Below are positions 16,587 through 25,990 of a stretch of DNA of 64,000 bases, piece after piece. The stretch lies in the IMG/VR virus record IMGVR_UViG_3300011113_000492, positions 59,082 through 123,081 of that record; one strand, given 5' to 3'. Each line of letters begins with the position of its first letter. Positions within the stretch are counted from its first letter, which is position 1. This stretch comes from a virus. The notes under the pieces were generated by a model, which saw only the letters and a program-made list of their open reading frames with translations, searched no databases and was not told the DNA's origin. Both the position numbers and the translations under genes were made by a program.

Positions 16587-16943
16587 ATGCAATTCTATCA
16601 AGAAACTACTAAGTGGAAAGATGCTGTTCCCAACGGCATCTACTTGCTGGATGACAGCAAAAGCAAAATGTATGCTTTTATTAAGGCCGGCGAAAAGTCT
16701 GTGTTTACGTTCAAGAACCCTATTCGAATTAGCACTAGGGGTCGTACTTTCGTTCCGGTCAAGAATACATTCAACTATAAAATTAAAGAAGATACCACTG
16801 AACAGAAATGGACAGTTACCGGTAGTAAAGGCGACAAATATATTGTCCGGCTCATTGATAATGTGCTACAATGTAGCTGTACCGGTTACAAATACCACGG
16901 CAAGTGCAAACATGCTGCTCAAATTCAAAAGGAAATTAAATGA
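16587..16943 (+). CDS. SWIM zinc-finger protein
   Basis: CSCTGYKYHGKCKH. Confidence 0.75.
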   Translation: MQFYQETTKWKDAVPNGIYLLDDSKSKMYAFIKAGEKSVFTFKNPIRISTRGRTFVPVKNTFNYKIKEDTTEQKWTVTGSKGDKYIVRLIDNVLQCSCTGYKYHGKCKHAAQIQKEIK

Positions 16944-18256
16944 CTGATCCCTGTCACAGTGTTATTGCTAGCCTCGAAGATCATAACAGCCGATTGAATA
17001 AAGAAGCTATTATTTTGATGCAGGCTGAACAAGGCAATGATGAACTTTTTCAAGGATTCCGGCTGGCCTTGGATCCTATGATTACTTTTGGGCTTAAACA
17101 AATTCCGGAGAAAAAAGATGCGGATGGTCCTGGGTTGGATTGGGATAGTTTTATTTTCATTATCGATGGTTTTATTAATCGTTCAGTCACCGGTAATGCT
17201 GCCCGAGACACTGTGGTTGAACTAATGGATCGAGCTACTAAGGCGCAATGGAACCGATGGTACCGTCGTATCCTTATCAAAGATCTGCGGTGCGGTGTCA
17301 GTGAAAAAACTGTTAATAAAGTAGTAGAAAAGAAATGGCCTGACTATGCCGTTCCGGTGTTTAGTTGTCAACTAGCGCACGACAGTGCCAATCACGAAAG
17401 CAAAGTCACTGGACGAAAACTCATTGAAGTCAAACTTGACGGCGTTCGAGTTCTAACCATTGTGTATCCTGACGGTCGAGTTGATCAGTTCAGTCGCAAC
17501 GGTAAAGAGTTTGCTAACTTTCCGCACATTAAAGAACAGTTTGCCAAAGTAGCATCTGGGTTGGCTGCACCTTATGTGTTTGACGGCGAAGTAATGAGCA
17601 GTAGTTTTCAGGATCTCATGAAACAAGTGCATCGCAAAGACAATGTCAATGCCGGCGATGCCATCTTGTATCTGTTTGATATTGTTCCACTTGAAGACTT
17701 CCAAAAAGGTGCTTGGAATATGAAGCAGTCAGAACGCACTGCTATTCTACAGAATTGGTTTGATAATGAACAAACTAATCTGCCCAGTGTTCGTGTTCTC
17801 GAGCAAGAGGAAGTGGATCTTGGCACCGAAGAAGGCAACAAAGTCTTTAAGCAAATCAATCAAGACGCCATCGACGGAGGCTACGAAGGCATCATGATTA
17901 AAGACCTCAATGCGCCCTATGAATGTAAACGCAGTCATGCTTGGCTTAAACTTAAACCTTTTATCGAAGTCAGCTTAAATGTTGTTGCTGTAGAAGAAGG
18001 CACAGGTAAGAACATAGGCAAGTTGGGTGCCTTGGTCTGCGAGGGTGTGGACGACAATAAGAAAATCGTCGTTAATGTAGGCAGCGGGTTTACTGACGAA
18101 CATCGTGACGACTATTGGATCAATAAAAATAAGTTGTTGGGCATGGTCGCCGAAGTTCGCGCAGATGCAATAACACAGAATCAAGATAGTACTTATAGTC
18201 TGCGATTCCCTCGCTTCAAAGGCTTTCGCGGATTTGCAATTGGAGAAAAACTGTGA
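16940..18256 (+). CDS. ATP-dependent DNA ligase
   Basis: EVKLDGVR, FDGE, GYEGIMIK, WLKLKP, VGSG, LRFPRF. Confidence 0.95.
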   Translation: MTDPCHSVIASLEDHNSRLNKEAIILMQAEQGNDELFQGFRLALDPMITFGLKQIPEKKDADGPGLDWDSFIFIIDGFINRSVTGNAARDTVVELMDRATKAQWNRWYRRILIKDLRCGVSEKTVNKVVEKKWPDYAVPVFSCQLAHDSANHESKVTGRKLIEVKLDGVRVLTIVYPDGRVDQFSRNGKEFANFPHIKEQFAKVASGLAAPYVFDGEVMSSSFQDLMKQVHRKDNVNAGDAILYLFDIVPLEDFQKGAWNMKQSERTAILQNWFDNEQTNLPSVRVLEQEEVDLGTEEGNKVFKQINQDAIDGGYEGIMIKDLNAPYECKRSHAWLKLKPFIEVSLNVVAVEEGTGKNIGKLGALVCEGVDDNKKIVVNVGSGFTDEHRDDYWINKNKLLGMVAEVRADAITQNQDSTYSLRFPRFKGFRGFAIGEKL

Positions 18257-18486
18257 ACGAACGAATTAAAGAACTTGAAAAACGGGCAACCGAAGAAGTG
18301 ATGAGGAACACTCCCAGTTTTCTGGTCACAAATGAAATGTGGAAGGAAAAGTTCGCCGAGTTAATTGTTAAGCGAATGATTGACAATGTTGAATGTCACG
18401 CTGATTTATATGACTCGCCTGACATTAAGTTTATTTGCGAGAAAATTGTAAATTCTATAAAGTTTGATTTTGGAGTTGAAGAATGA
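18253..18486 (+). CDS. Hypothetical protein
   Basis: Coupled ORF with GTG start. Confidence 0.55.
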   Translation: MNERIKELEKRATEEVMRNTPSFLVTNEMWKEKFAELIVKRMIDNVECHADLYDSPDIKFICEKIVNSIKFDFGVEE

Positions 18487-18605
18487 GCCAAGAATTTATC
18501 CGTAGTCAGATAGAGTATTATAGAAAGCATTTGAACTGTGGTTCCAGTCGAGATTGGAATCAAATTCTTGGACTGTATCAGTATTATAAAGGATTACTGA
18601 AATGA
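18483..18605 (+). CDS. 40-aa hypothetical protein (absent from ORF track)
   Basis: ATGA overlaps at both ends, exactly filling the gap. Confidence 0.5.
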   Translation: MSQEFIRSQIEYYRKHLNCGSSRDWNQILGLYQYYKGLLK

Positions 18606-19045
18606 AACTATTCCTCGACACAGAATTCAATGGATTCAACGGTCGCTTGATCTCCATGGCGCTTGTACCTGAGAAACAAACTGATTTTGAATTCTATAAA
18701 GAACTTGAAATTAAAGATCAACTACATCCGTGGGTCCGCGAGAATGTCGTACCACATTTGATTCTGCCACCGATTGGTTATGGAGAGTTTCAGAATTCTT
18801 TGGCTAATTACCTTTGGGAAATCGGCGACTGTACGATTATTGCCGATTGGCCAGATGATATTCGCCATTTCTGCGAAGCGTTGATCACTGGGCCCGGCCA
18901 AATGATTAGACTGATGCATAATGTAAAATTCGAATTGGATCTTGGTATTGAGTACGAATCTTTGGTGCCGCATAATGCACTGCATGATGCAAGGGCAATC
19001 CGTGATTTCTATATGAAACGAGAGGCAACTAATGAAATTCAGTGA
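18602..19045 (+). CDS. DEDD-family 3'-5' exonuclease
   Basis: FLDTEF, ADWPDD, HNALHDA. Confidence 0.75.
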   Translation: MKLFLDTEFNGFNGRLISMALVPEKQTDFEFYKELEIKDQLHPWVRENVVPHLILPPIGYGEFQNSLANYLWEIGDCTIIADWPDDIRHFCEALITGPGQMIRLMHNVKFELDLGIEYESLVPHNALHDARAIRDFYMKREATNEIQ

Positions 19046-19358
19046 ACTAAAACGATTGGTTGATTTACATCATCGGCCTGATCATTATGAAGATCCAGAG
19101 GTAGTTATTCAAATTAAACTACCATACTCTACAGTAGGCGGTATGCCTACTGTAAAACTCAAAAGTGTTCAGATGGGATTTGATTGGGATCATGGCAAAT
19201 TTATTTTAGTTCCTGAAGAAAATCTTACACCCAGTGATCGAGACTTTGCTGAACAAATGAAAAAGATGCAGGAACGGGCAGGTTGGGCAGATTATGAAAA
19301 TCGTAATCTAAAAGCGGAAATTAAACGATTGAAAAAACAATTGAAGGTAGAAGAATGA
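19032..19358 (+). CDS. Hypothetical protein with C-terminal coiled coil
   Basis: ORF in operon. Confidence 0.6.
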   Translation: MKFSELKRLVDLHHRPDHYEDPEVVIQIKLPYSTVGGMPTVKLKSVQMGFDWDHGKFILVPEENLTPSDRDFAEQMKKMQERAGWADYENRNLKAEIKRLKKQLKVEE

Positions 19359-19528
19359 AAGATAAAATTTTTGAATGGATTGGACGTAATAGACAAACTA
19401 TTGGATACACTGCTGGTGCATGTAGTATGCTGGCAGCACTAAGTTATGCATTGCAGGGAAATAACGGTCTTGCACTACTTTGGTTGGTAATCGGTGGCAT
19501 GATTGTTATTGACACTCGGAGACTGTAA
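19355..19528 (+). CDS. 57-aa two-TM membrane protein (absent from ORF track)
   Basis: ATGA and TAATG overlaps; hydrophobic. Confidence 0.55.
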   Translation: MKDKIFEWIGRNRQTIGYTAGACSMLAALSYALQGNNGLALLWLVIGGMIVIDTRRL

Positions 19529-19809
19529 TGAGCATCGATTTGCAAGGAAGTACCGCGGAAGAACGCGGGCAGTGGATTAAAACTCTATTAGATACAGGTA
19601 CATACGAAATTACATTTACCAAAGTAGATGGCAGTAAAAGGATCATGCCCTGTACTTTGAAATCAGATCTGTTGCCACAACGTGAGCTAACAGAAAATCG
19701 TCGCACCAAAGCAAACAATCACGAGGTATTGAGTGTTTGGTGCGTGGACAAATCAGAATGGCGTAGTTTTCGTGTAATGAATGTTACCGAAATTAAGCCT
19801 ATTTTGTAA
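19528..19809 (+). CDS. WYL_2/SH3-like conserved T4-type phage protein
   Basis: ITFTKVDGSKRIMPCTL...VWCVDKSEWRSFR. Confidence 0.7.
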   Translation: MSIDLQGSTAEERGQWIKTLLDTGTYEITFTKVDGSKRIMPCTLKSDLLPQRELTENRRTKANNHEVLSVWCVDKSEWRSFRVMNVTEIKPIL

Positions 19810-19882
19810 ACCAATGCCTAAGTCAGGCGTTAAATATTAAGCAAAGACAAATTTTGCAACTTAACTTTATAAAGGTAAAAAA

Positions 19883-20071
19883 ATGAAAAAACTTATCGCT
19901 CTTATTGCTACTGCATTTGCAGTAACTGCATTTGCTCAAGCACCTGCTAAGAAAGAAGAAAAGAAAGCTGATGCCAAACCAGCTGCTGCTGCACCTGCTG
20001 CTGCACCTGCTGCTGCACCTGCTGCTGCACCTGCTAAGAAAGAAGAAAAGAAAGCTGACGCTAAGAAGTAA
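19883..20071 (+). CDS. Small exported A/K/P-rich protein
   Basis: Signal peptide AFA-Q; 4x PAAA flanked by duplicated APAKKEEKKAD. Confidence 0.7.
   Translation: MKKLIALIATAFAVTAFAQAPAKKEEKKADAKPAAAAPAAAPAAAPAAAPAKKEEKKADAKK
19940..20058 (+). repeat. 4x 12-bp tandem GCTGCTGCACCT (19985-20032) and a 32-bp direct repeat (19940-19971, 20027-20058)
   Basis: Read directly. Confidence 0.9.
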
Positions 20072-20087
20072 TCTTAAAGACTATTTC

Positions 20088-20116
20088 AAAAAATTGGGGG
20101 TGACCCCAATTTTTTT
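20088..20116 (+). terminator. Intrinsic terminator (possibly bidirectional)
   Basis: AAAAATTGGGG...CCCCAATTTTTTT. Confidence 0.75.
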
Positions 20117-20223
20117 GGCTATACAGATACTAAGAACGGTAATCTAGACTATTGCAGATTTTCGGCTAGTAGTGCATAATAGATCTAACTGTTAACAACA
20201 GTACTTTTAAAAGGAAATCTATT

Positions 20224-20490
20224 ATGATGTTTTCAACTGAAACTAAAACTGGCAAGCTACTTGCCGCTCTGCAAAACGGTGAAGCACTGACCGAAGGTCA
20301 AATGCGTGTTCGATTCGGTCTTAAGAATCCCCGTGCAACTGTTAGCGATATTCGCTATGCAGGTTTTGCTGTCTATGCTAATCAGCATAAGGACACCAAA
20401 GGCCGCGTTACTACCAAGTATCGCATTGGCCGTCCTAGCCGTGCAATCGTAGCCGCTGGCTATCGTGCAATGGCCATGGGCATTGTTTAA
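20224..20490 (+). CDS. Winged-HTH-like DNA-binding protein
   Basis: KLLAALQNGEALT...RFGLKNPRATVSDIR...KYRIG. Confidence 0.65.
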   Translation: MMFSTETKTGKLLAALQNGEALTEGQMRVRFGLKNPRATVSDIRYAGFAVYANQHKDTKGRVTTKYRIGRPSRAIVAAGYRAMAMGIV

Positions 20491-20511
20491 TACCAAACGG
20501 TATTTTACATC

Positions 20512-20536
20512 AAAAGGCGCTTAGGCGCCTTTTTTA
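20512..20536 (+). terminator. Intrinsic terminator
   Basis: AAAAGGCGC-TTAG-GCGCCTTTT; followed by TTGACG-17-TATAAT (20537-20565). Confidence 0.8.
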
Positions 20537-20599
20537 TTGACGTTAAATATTCAATTTGTTATAATAAAACATTGTAAATAATTCTTATACGGCGGTAAA

Positions 20600-20896
20600 A
20601 TGAAATACCATTGGATCGGACATTTTAAAGAAGGCACTTCAGATAAGGTATGGGGTCTAATTAGATTGACAGACTATCCTAGGTACAATGACTATGCAGC
20701 CGTGTGGGGGCGACGTGGGCGAGCCTTACAGACAAAAATTCACAGTGACATCGATGCGTGGGATGCTGATAAACTGTGCAACAAAAAAGAAGACAAAGGA
20801 TATACGGTGATCGATCTCGCGAGACTAGATCAAGTATATCCTGAGTTTGAAGAAGATTTACAAAAAACAGCCGTGTGGGCCATGCTGAAAGTATAA
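20600..20896 (+). CDS. WGR-domain-like protein
   Basis: GTSDKVWG...AVWGRRG. Confidence 0.65.
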   Translation: MKYHWIGHFKEGTSDKVWGLIRLTDYPRYNDYAAVWGRRGRALQTKIHSDIDAWDADKLCNKKEDKGYTVIDLARLDQVYPEFEEDLQKTAVWAMLKV

Positions 20897-20897
20897 G

Positions 20898-21722
20898 ATG
20901 AAAGTTAATGTTATCAGCGATTTACATTTAGAGTTTGCAGACCTTGTCTTGCCAGGTGGGGACGTACTCATTTTGAGTGGAGATATCTGCGAGGCTAAAA
21001 ATGTAAAACGTGATCACTATAACCAAGATCATGTCCAATTTAATTTTGAACAGAAACGCAGTGATCGCTACGTTAGATTTTTCGTAGAAGAATGTATCAA
21101 GTATAAACATGTGATTTATGTAATGGGCAATCACGAACATTATGGTTTTAGATTTGACAAAACATATAACCATCTTAAAGAAAATTTGCCTGACAACATT
21201 CTTTTATTGGAAAAGGAAAGTGTGGAGATCGACGGTGTTATTTTTGTAGGAGCCACTCTTTGGACTGACTGCAACAATGCTGATCCTATTACCATGTATA
21301 CACTAAAGCATGGAATGAATGATTATAGGGTAGTTCAAAATTTCTACCCGGACAAAAATCAGTATTTTAAATTGATACCCGAATTTACCTATGCAGATCA
21401 TATCAAAGCTAAAAGTTTTATTTCAACAACTGCCAAGAAAAACCCAGATAAAACCATTGTGGTGGTAACTCATCACAGTCCAAGTAAACGTAGCATTAAG
21501 CCCAGGTATGAAAAAGACTTTCATATGAACGGTGGTTATAGCAGTAACTTGGATGAGTTTATCATGGATCATCCCAACATTAAATTTTGGACGCATGGAC
21601 ATACTCATGATGATTTCAATTACATGATTGAGCAGTGTCGGGTGATCTGCAACCCACGAGGATATGTTGGCTACGAAGAACGTGCCCAAAATTTTGATCC
21701 TACTGTAGGTTTCGACCTGTAA
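20898..21722 (+). CDS. Calcineurin-like metallophosphoesterase
   Basis: SDLH, GD, GNHEHY, THH, HGHTH, NPRGY. Confidence 0.88.
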   Translation: MKVNVISDLHLEFADLVLPGGDVLILSGDICEAKNVKRDHYNQDHVQFNFEQKRSDRYVRFFVEECIKYKHVIYVMGNHEHYGFRFDKTYNHLKENLPDNILLLEKESVEIDGVIFVGATLWTDCNNADPITMYTLKHGMNDYRVVQNFYPDKNQYFKLIPEFTYADHIKAKSFISTTAKKNPDKTIVVVTHHSPSKRSIKPRYEKDFHMNGGYSSNLDEFIMDHPNIKFWTHGHTHDDFNYMIEQCRVICNPRGYVGYEERAQNFDPTVGFDL

Positions 21723-21752
21723 AATACTAATATTTCGGTAGTTAACTGCTAT

Positions 21753-21760
21753 TATAAATA
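21753..21760 (+). promoter_or_regulatory. T4-type late promoter
   Basis: TATAAATA; also at 30846, 42004, 44056 (+) and 41407-41414 (-), with ATAAATA variants at 7998, 31774, 52501, 54158 and 57126. Confidence 0.7.
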
Positions 21761-21854
21761 TTAATTCAACTGATTTATGAGTATATAAGTGTTGACACTG
21801 ACTCGTAAATAAACTAGAATATTTGTTATTCATTAAAAAAGGAAATTTGAACTT

Positions 21855-22751
21855 ATGAAGAAAATTGCAATCATCGCGGCTTTGTCCGCTCTTAGTTTTG
21901 CGGCCACTGCTCAGGTCACTGTTTCGGGTAAAGTCAGCGAATGGGTTGATAATACCAAAACAGGCAGCATCAGTGCAACTGGTTTGACTGCGGATCCAAC
22001 TAGTAACATTACTGTCAGGGCTTCGGAAAACTTAGGCAAAGGACTAACTGCTCGTGTCGTCGTTGACACACGAATTTTAGCCAATGATCCAACATCAGCA
22101 GGCACACAAATTGGTGATCGTCAAAGCACTGTTGGCCTAGCCAGCAAGGTTGGCAGTGTCGACTTAGGCCGTAATGTACATAGTCAGTTCTTGGCAGTCA
22201 GTAACAATGATGCTTTTGGCACATTGTATGGCAGCGTAGCTGGTGATGTTCATAACCTTCGTGGTCTGCGTTTTAGTAATGGTGCGTTTGTTGCAGTAAC
22301 TCCAATGAAAAACGTGTCAGTGACCTATGACCGCTCTAGTAATTCTGCTGCTGTGGCAGAGTCAACCAGTTATAGCCTAAGTGCTAAAGTTGCATCAATT
22401 GATGCAACGTATGCTCGCTTTGAACAAGGTTCTGCAGAAGTCAGCGACGTAGTTGGTGTTAAAACTAGCTTTGGTGCTACCACAGTGTTCTATAGTCACA
22501 GTGATAACAAGAGCGCAGTTACAGGCGAAACCAAAAAAGGTAACTTGATCGGCGTCACACAAAAGGTCGGAGTAATCACTGCTAAAGCCAGCTATGGTGA
22601 AACCAATACAAAAGTCACTGCTTACAACGTAGGCTTAGACTATGCATTGAGCAAGCGTACCGACGTCGGTGTCGCGTATCGTAGTGTTAATCTAACAGGA
22701 GCAACAAACGATGTTAAACAACTTGGTGTCGGTCTAACTCATCGCTTCTAA
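21855..22751 (+). CDS. Gram-negative general porin
   Basis: Signal peptide, amphipathic strands, ENLGKGL, RQSTVGL, DYALSKRT, C-terminal GLTHRF. Confidence 0.9.
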   Translation: MKKIAIIAALSALSFAATAQVTVSGKVSEWVDNTKTGSISATGLTADPTSNITVRASENLGKGLTARVVVDTRILANDPTSAGTQIGDRQSTVGLASKVGSVDLGRNVHSQFLAVSNNDAFGTLYGSVAGDVHNLRGLRFSNGAFVAVTPMKNVSVTYDRSSNSAAVAESTSYSLSAKVASIDATYARFEQGSAEVSDVVGVKTSFGATTVFYSHSDNKSAVTGETKKGNLIGVTQKVGVITAKASYGETNTKVTAYNVGLDYALSKRTDVGVAYRSVNLTGATNDVKQLGVGLTHRF

Positions 22752-22808
22752 TTAGTTGACATTTCTCTAAAAAACGCCTATACTGCTAATAACGGTATAG
22801 GCTTTTTA

Positions 22809-23273
22809 ATGACTGAAAACAATAGCGCAAAAGGTCGCACAAGTTTTGATGCCAACGTAGGCGGACAACTTGTAAACTTTATAAACAAAAATGTATCAGA
22901 ATACCCAACTGAGGCAGGCAGCCCTAAGTTTGATTTAGTACCAGTTACTAAACAAAAAGATATCATGATCAATGTGGCAAGGATGCATGCCAAACAAGAA
23001 TATGATAGAATCATGGAATTGGTCACTGTTCTACAACGGCAAGCCGCTGATATTAAAAAACGGCTGGACATAACTGACATGGTTCATGCTGCCAAATATG
23101 ATTTTCAATTATATCATGGTCAAGCTTATTGGTTAGTGTTCGATCAAAGAAAACAAATAACTAGATTAAGTCGCATGGGGCCCAATGATTGGTGTACGGG
23201 CAAACCCACAGAATACGAATACATCTGCCAGGTACAATGGTTAGGTGATCACACATGGATAGAGGTTAATTAA
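22809..23273 (+). CDS. DUF2452-like protein
   Basis: PKFDLVP...AKQEYDRI...YHGQAYWL...LSRMGPNDW...WLGDHTW. Confidence 0.6.
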   Translation: MTENNSAKGRTSFDANVGGQLVNFINKNVSEYPTEAGSPKFDLVPVTKQKDIMINVARMHAKQEYDRIMELVTVLQRQAADIKKRLDITDMVHAAKYDFQLYHGQAYWLVFDQRKQITRLSRMGPNDWCTGKPTEYEYICQVQWLGDHTWIEVN

Positions 23274-23710
23274 TGTCTTACACAAATTACGGAAATATTA
23301 CCATAGATAATTCATATTACACAGGAACATCCTATACCATTGACACCACCACAAATCCCCTGGGAATTTCACCGATGAGCGGCACTGTGCTAGGTGGTGC
23401 AATAGGCAACCCATATACTATTACTGGTTCCAATGGTACTTGGGGAGGGTTATACAGCAGCAATAGCCCTACGGTAAAACTAGATCAAAAGGGCATCGAA
23501 GTCCTTGAATCAGCCGATATTAAATTAGGCAACGTCAGTCTTAAAGATTTCATTAATAGAATCGAGCAAAGATTAGCATTATTAAATCCCAACCCTGAAC
23601 TTGAAAAAGAATGGACCGAACTCAAAGAATTGGGCGATAGATACAGAGAGTTAGAAAAACAAATCACCGAGAAAATGAAAACTTGGGATATTCTAAATCG
23701 TGAAGATTAA
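23273..23710 (+). CDS. Hypothetical protein (T/G/S-rich N-half, coiled-coil C-half)
   Basis: Coupled ORF. Confidence 0.6.
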   Translation: MSYTNYGNITIDNSYYTGTSYTIDTTTNPLGISPMSGTVLGGAIGNPYTITGSNGTWGGLYSSNSPTVKLDQKGIEVLESADIKLGNVSLKDFINRIEQRLALLNPNPELEKEWTELKELGDRYRELEKQITEKMKTWDILNRED

Positions 23711-23918
23711 ACAAGTCGAAGACAAATATTGGTTAACTTGGCCTGCTCATATTTTAACAGCACAAGAGGTTAAACGTTGGTGCTGGGAAACGTTTGGTTC
23801 AGGGTGGGGTTCTATAAAATTAGGCGTACCAAACAATCAAGGTAATGCAAATCATATTCTTGTATTTCACAGACTAGCTCACGCTGAATGGTTTTTATTG
23901 CAGTGGAACGTTGACTGA
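23700..23918 (+). CDS. FxL[RK]W-family short protein 1
   Basis: VKRWCWETFG ... AEWFLLQW. Confidence 0.65.
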   Translation: MKIKQVEDKYWLTWPAHILTAQEVKRWCWETFGSGWGSIKLGVPNNQGNANHILVFHRLAHAEWFLLQWNVD

Positions 23919-23927
23919 AATTCAATT

Positions 23928-24122
23928 ATGCAGTATAATGACGAGATGAAATCCATTATAATTGACGGTGATCGCGTTAGTACCTATGACGCAATACAAT
24001 GGGCCAGTAAACAATTTGGTTCGAATTTTAGTATTCAACATGAATTTCCAGGTAAAAAATGGCGATTTGAGTTCAACGATTCTAAAGAAGCAATGTTATT
24101 TGCACTAAAATGGTCTCACTGA
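23928..24122 (+). CDS. FxL[RK]W-family short protein 2
   Basis: AIQWASKQFG ... EAMLFALKW; TTGACT-17-TATAAT overlaps the start region. Confidence 0.7.
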   Translation: MQYNDEMKSIIIDGDRVSTYDAIQWASKQFGSNFSIQHEFPGKKWRFEFNDSKEAMLFALKWSH

Positions 24123-24125
24123 ATC

Positions 24126-24554
24126 ATGAATAGAGACATGGAAAAATACGAAGAATTCGAAAAACGCATGAAGGAAAGATTTCCTAAAATGTTCAGCCAA
24201 CCATATGGCGGTTTTGCTGTAGGCCCAGGCTGGTGGCCTATCCTGGAATCATTGTGTGCTAACATTCAGCATCACAGTGATTGGAAAGAAAAACAAGGCA
24301 ATTTTATTCCCCAGGTCACTGTGGAGCAGATCAAAGAGAAATTTGGTGGACTGCGGTTTTATTACAGCGGCGGGGACGATGCTATTGACGGCATGGTTCG
24401 TATGGCAGAGTCTTGGGCCGAACATGCTTGCGAAGAATGTGGCAAGCCTGGCCAGAGTCGCGGAGGCGGTTGGATTAAAACTTTATGTGACGAACATGAT
24501 GCAGAGCGTCAAGCTCGTTATCGAGAAAGATTCAAAAACAATGATCAGTCTTAA
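24126..24554 (+). CDS. Conserved phage hypothetical protein with C-terminal CxxC
   Basis: GPGWWPI, QIKEKFGGLRFY, CEECGKPG. Confidence 0.7.
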   Translation: MNRDMEKYEEFEKRMKERFPKMFSQPYGGFAVGPGWWPILESLCANIQHHSDWKEKQGNFIPQVTVEQIKEKFGGLRFYYSGGDDAIDGMVRMAESWAEHACEECGKPGQSRGGGWIKTLCDEHDAERQARYRERFKNNDQS

Positions 24555-24810
24555 TTTCAACTTACGCAATCCTTGGAGCAATACATTTAAAAACTTGTGG
24601 TGCTGTGTGTACCATACGCCATTCAAGAACAAGTTTATTGAACTAGAAATTATTCATGACTTTACTTTGATATCGTTTATGTTTAACTGGACTGTACGGC
24701 AAAGTCATGCTGGGTTAGATATTGAGTTAGGCCTGCTTGGCTATAACATACATTTTAACTTTTATGATAACCGTCATTGGGATGGGAAATCAAACCGCTG
24801 GGAGTCATAA
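24541..24810 (+). CDS. Hypothetical protein
   Basis: ATG 24541 overlaps the previous gene. Confidence 0.55.
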   Translation: MISLNFNLRNPWSNTFKNLWCCVYHTPFKNKFIELEIIHDFTLISFMFNWTVRQSHAGLDIELGLLGYNIHFNFYDNRHWDGKSNRWES

Positions 24811-25076
24811 TGCCCAACTACGCAGAATATTTTGCCAAAAAGGCATACAAACCTAAGTATCAGATTGGCGACAGAGTGTTTGGATACTACAAGAAAATTC
24901 CATTTATCGGAAGTGTGGGTAATGACACTTTAATCAGTGAAATCGAAGGTCCGCGCATAAGTGTGCATTTAGACCTGCCTATGAAAATAGATCAAGAAAT
25001 TCGTAGGGTAATAATAGTTAAACATAAAGATATAAAATCAAAGTTAGTTAACTATTTCGACACTAAAACTGCATGA
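24810..25076 (+). CDS. Hypothetical protein, SH3/KOW-like
   Basis: KYQIGDRVFG; TAATG coupling. Confidence 0.55.
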   Translation: MPNYAEYFAKKAYKPKYQIGDRVFGYYKKIPFIGSVGNDTLISEIEGPRISVHLDLPMKIDQEIRRVIIVKHKDIKSKLVNYFDTKTA

Positions 25077-25297
25077 AGTATAGAATCGAAGTTCGTAATT
25101 TTCAATCTAAGTCAATCTCAGTGAGAGTTTCTAAATCAACTATGTTTGATGGAACCTTTATTGAAATTGATAAAACAGTTGCAGACGAAATCGATGAGTG
25201 GGTAGTATCGTCTAAAATAGGTCGACGAATTGCTTGGGATATGTGGCAACTAAAAAACAAACAAGCAGTGACATTGTTTATGATGAAATGGTCATGA
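25073..25297 (+). CDS. FxL[RK]W-family short protein 3
   Basis: IDEWVV ... AVTLFMMKWS. Confidence 0.7.
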   Translation: MKYRIEVRNFQSKSISVRVSKSTMFDGTFIEIDKTVADEIDEWVVSSKIGRRIAWDMWQLKNKQAVTLFMMKWS

Positions 25298-25548
25298 CTA
25301 TAACCTATAAACCTTTAGATTTAATTCCCAGCGTTCGTGTACCAGTTTTGCATAAGGTGGTCTATGCTTACACTGCGGACCATGTGCAGGCATTTTATCA
25401 ACGCAGTTACAAGGATCACTTAGTAGATGAATGGTTAGAAAAAAACTGCCGGCATCGTTATTATCACAGTCCAGGCTATCTTCAAGAAAAATTTATACAG
25501 TTTGAAGATGACCAAGAAGCAATGTTATTTGCACTGAGGTGGGCATGA
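25294..25548 (+). CDS. FxL[RK]W-family short protein 4
   Basis: VDEWLEKNC ... EAMLFALRWA; ATGA overlap. Confidence 0.72.
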   Translation: MTITYKPLDLIPSVRVPVLHKVVYAYTADHVQAFYQRSYKDHLVDEWLEKNCRHRYYHSPGYLQEKFIQFEDDQEAMLFALRWA

Positions 25549-25793
25549 CCACTGTAACTCGATACCGTAGCAGTGATTTTGTTTACAAAATCTTGATGCC
25601 AAAAGAAAAGAATCAGTGGCAGATTGATCAATGGTGTATGTATCAGTTTGGGCCCAGATGGAGTGTAACTGAAAATAGACAAGGCCGATGGTGTTGTTTT
25701 TGGCGTGGCCCAAGATCCGAAGACGGCGCTCACTACGAGTGGTTGTTTGTGAACGAAGCCGATGCCTTGTTGTTCGCCTTGAGGTGGTCATGA
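25545..25793 (+). CDS. FxL[RK]W-family short protein 5
   Basis: IDQWCMYQFG ... DALLFALRWS; ATGA overlap. Confidence 0.72.
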   Translation: MTTVTRYRSSDFVYKILMPKEKNQWQIDQWCMYQFGPRWSVTENRQGRWCCFWRGPRSEDGAHYEWLFVNEADALLFALRWS

Positions 25794-25990
25794 GAGAACT
25801 TAAAAAAGAACTATGGCCGCATAAAGTAGTGCTTGACACGCCGGATTCAATAACTGAAATAGAGATATGGTTAGGGTCACGATTGGGAACATTCAAAGGT
25901 CGATGGAACGTAGTCTACTATCATAATCAAACACATTTTTATTTTCGACTGGGCGAGGATGCAACGTTATTTTCTTTGAGGTGGGCGTGA
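25790..25990 (+). CDS. FxL[RK]W-family short protein 6
   Basis: IEIWLGSRLG ... DATLFSLRWA; ATGA overlap. Confidence 0.72.
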   Translation: MRELKKELWPHKVVLDTPDSITEIEIWLGSRLGTFKGRWNVVYYHNQTHFYFRLGEDATLFSLRWA

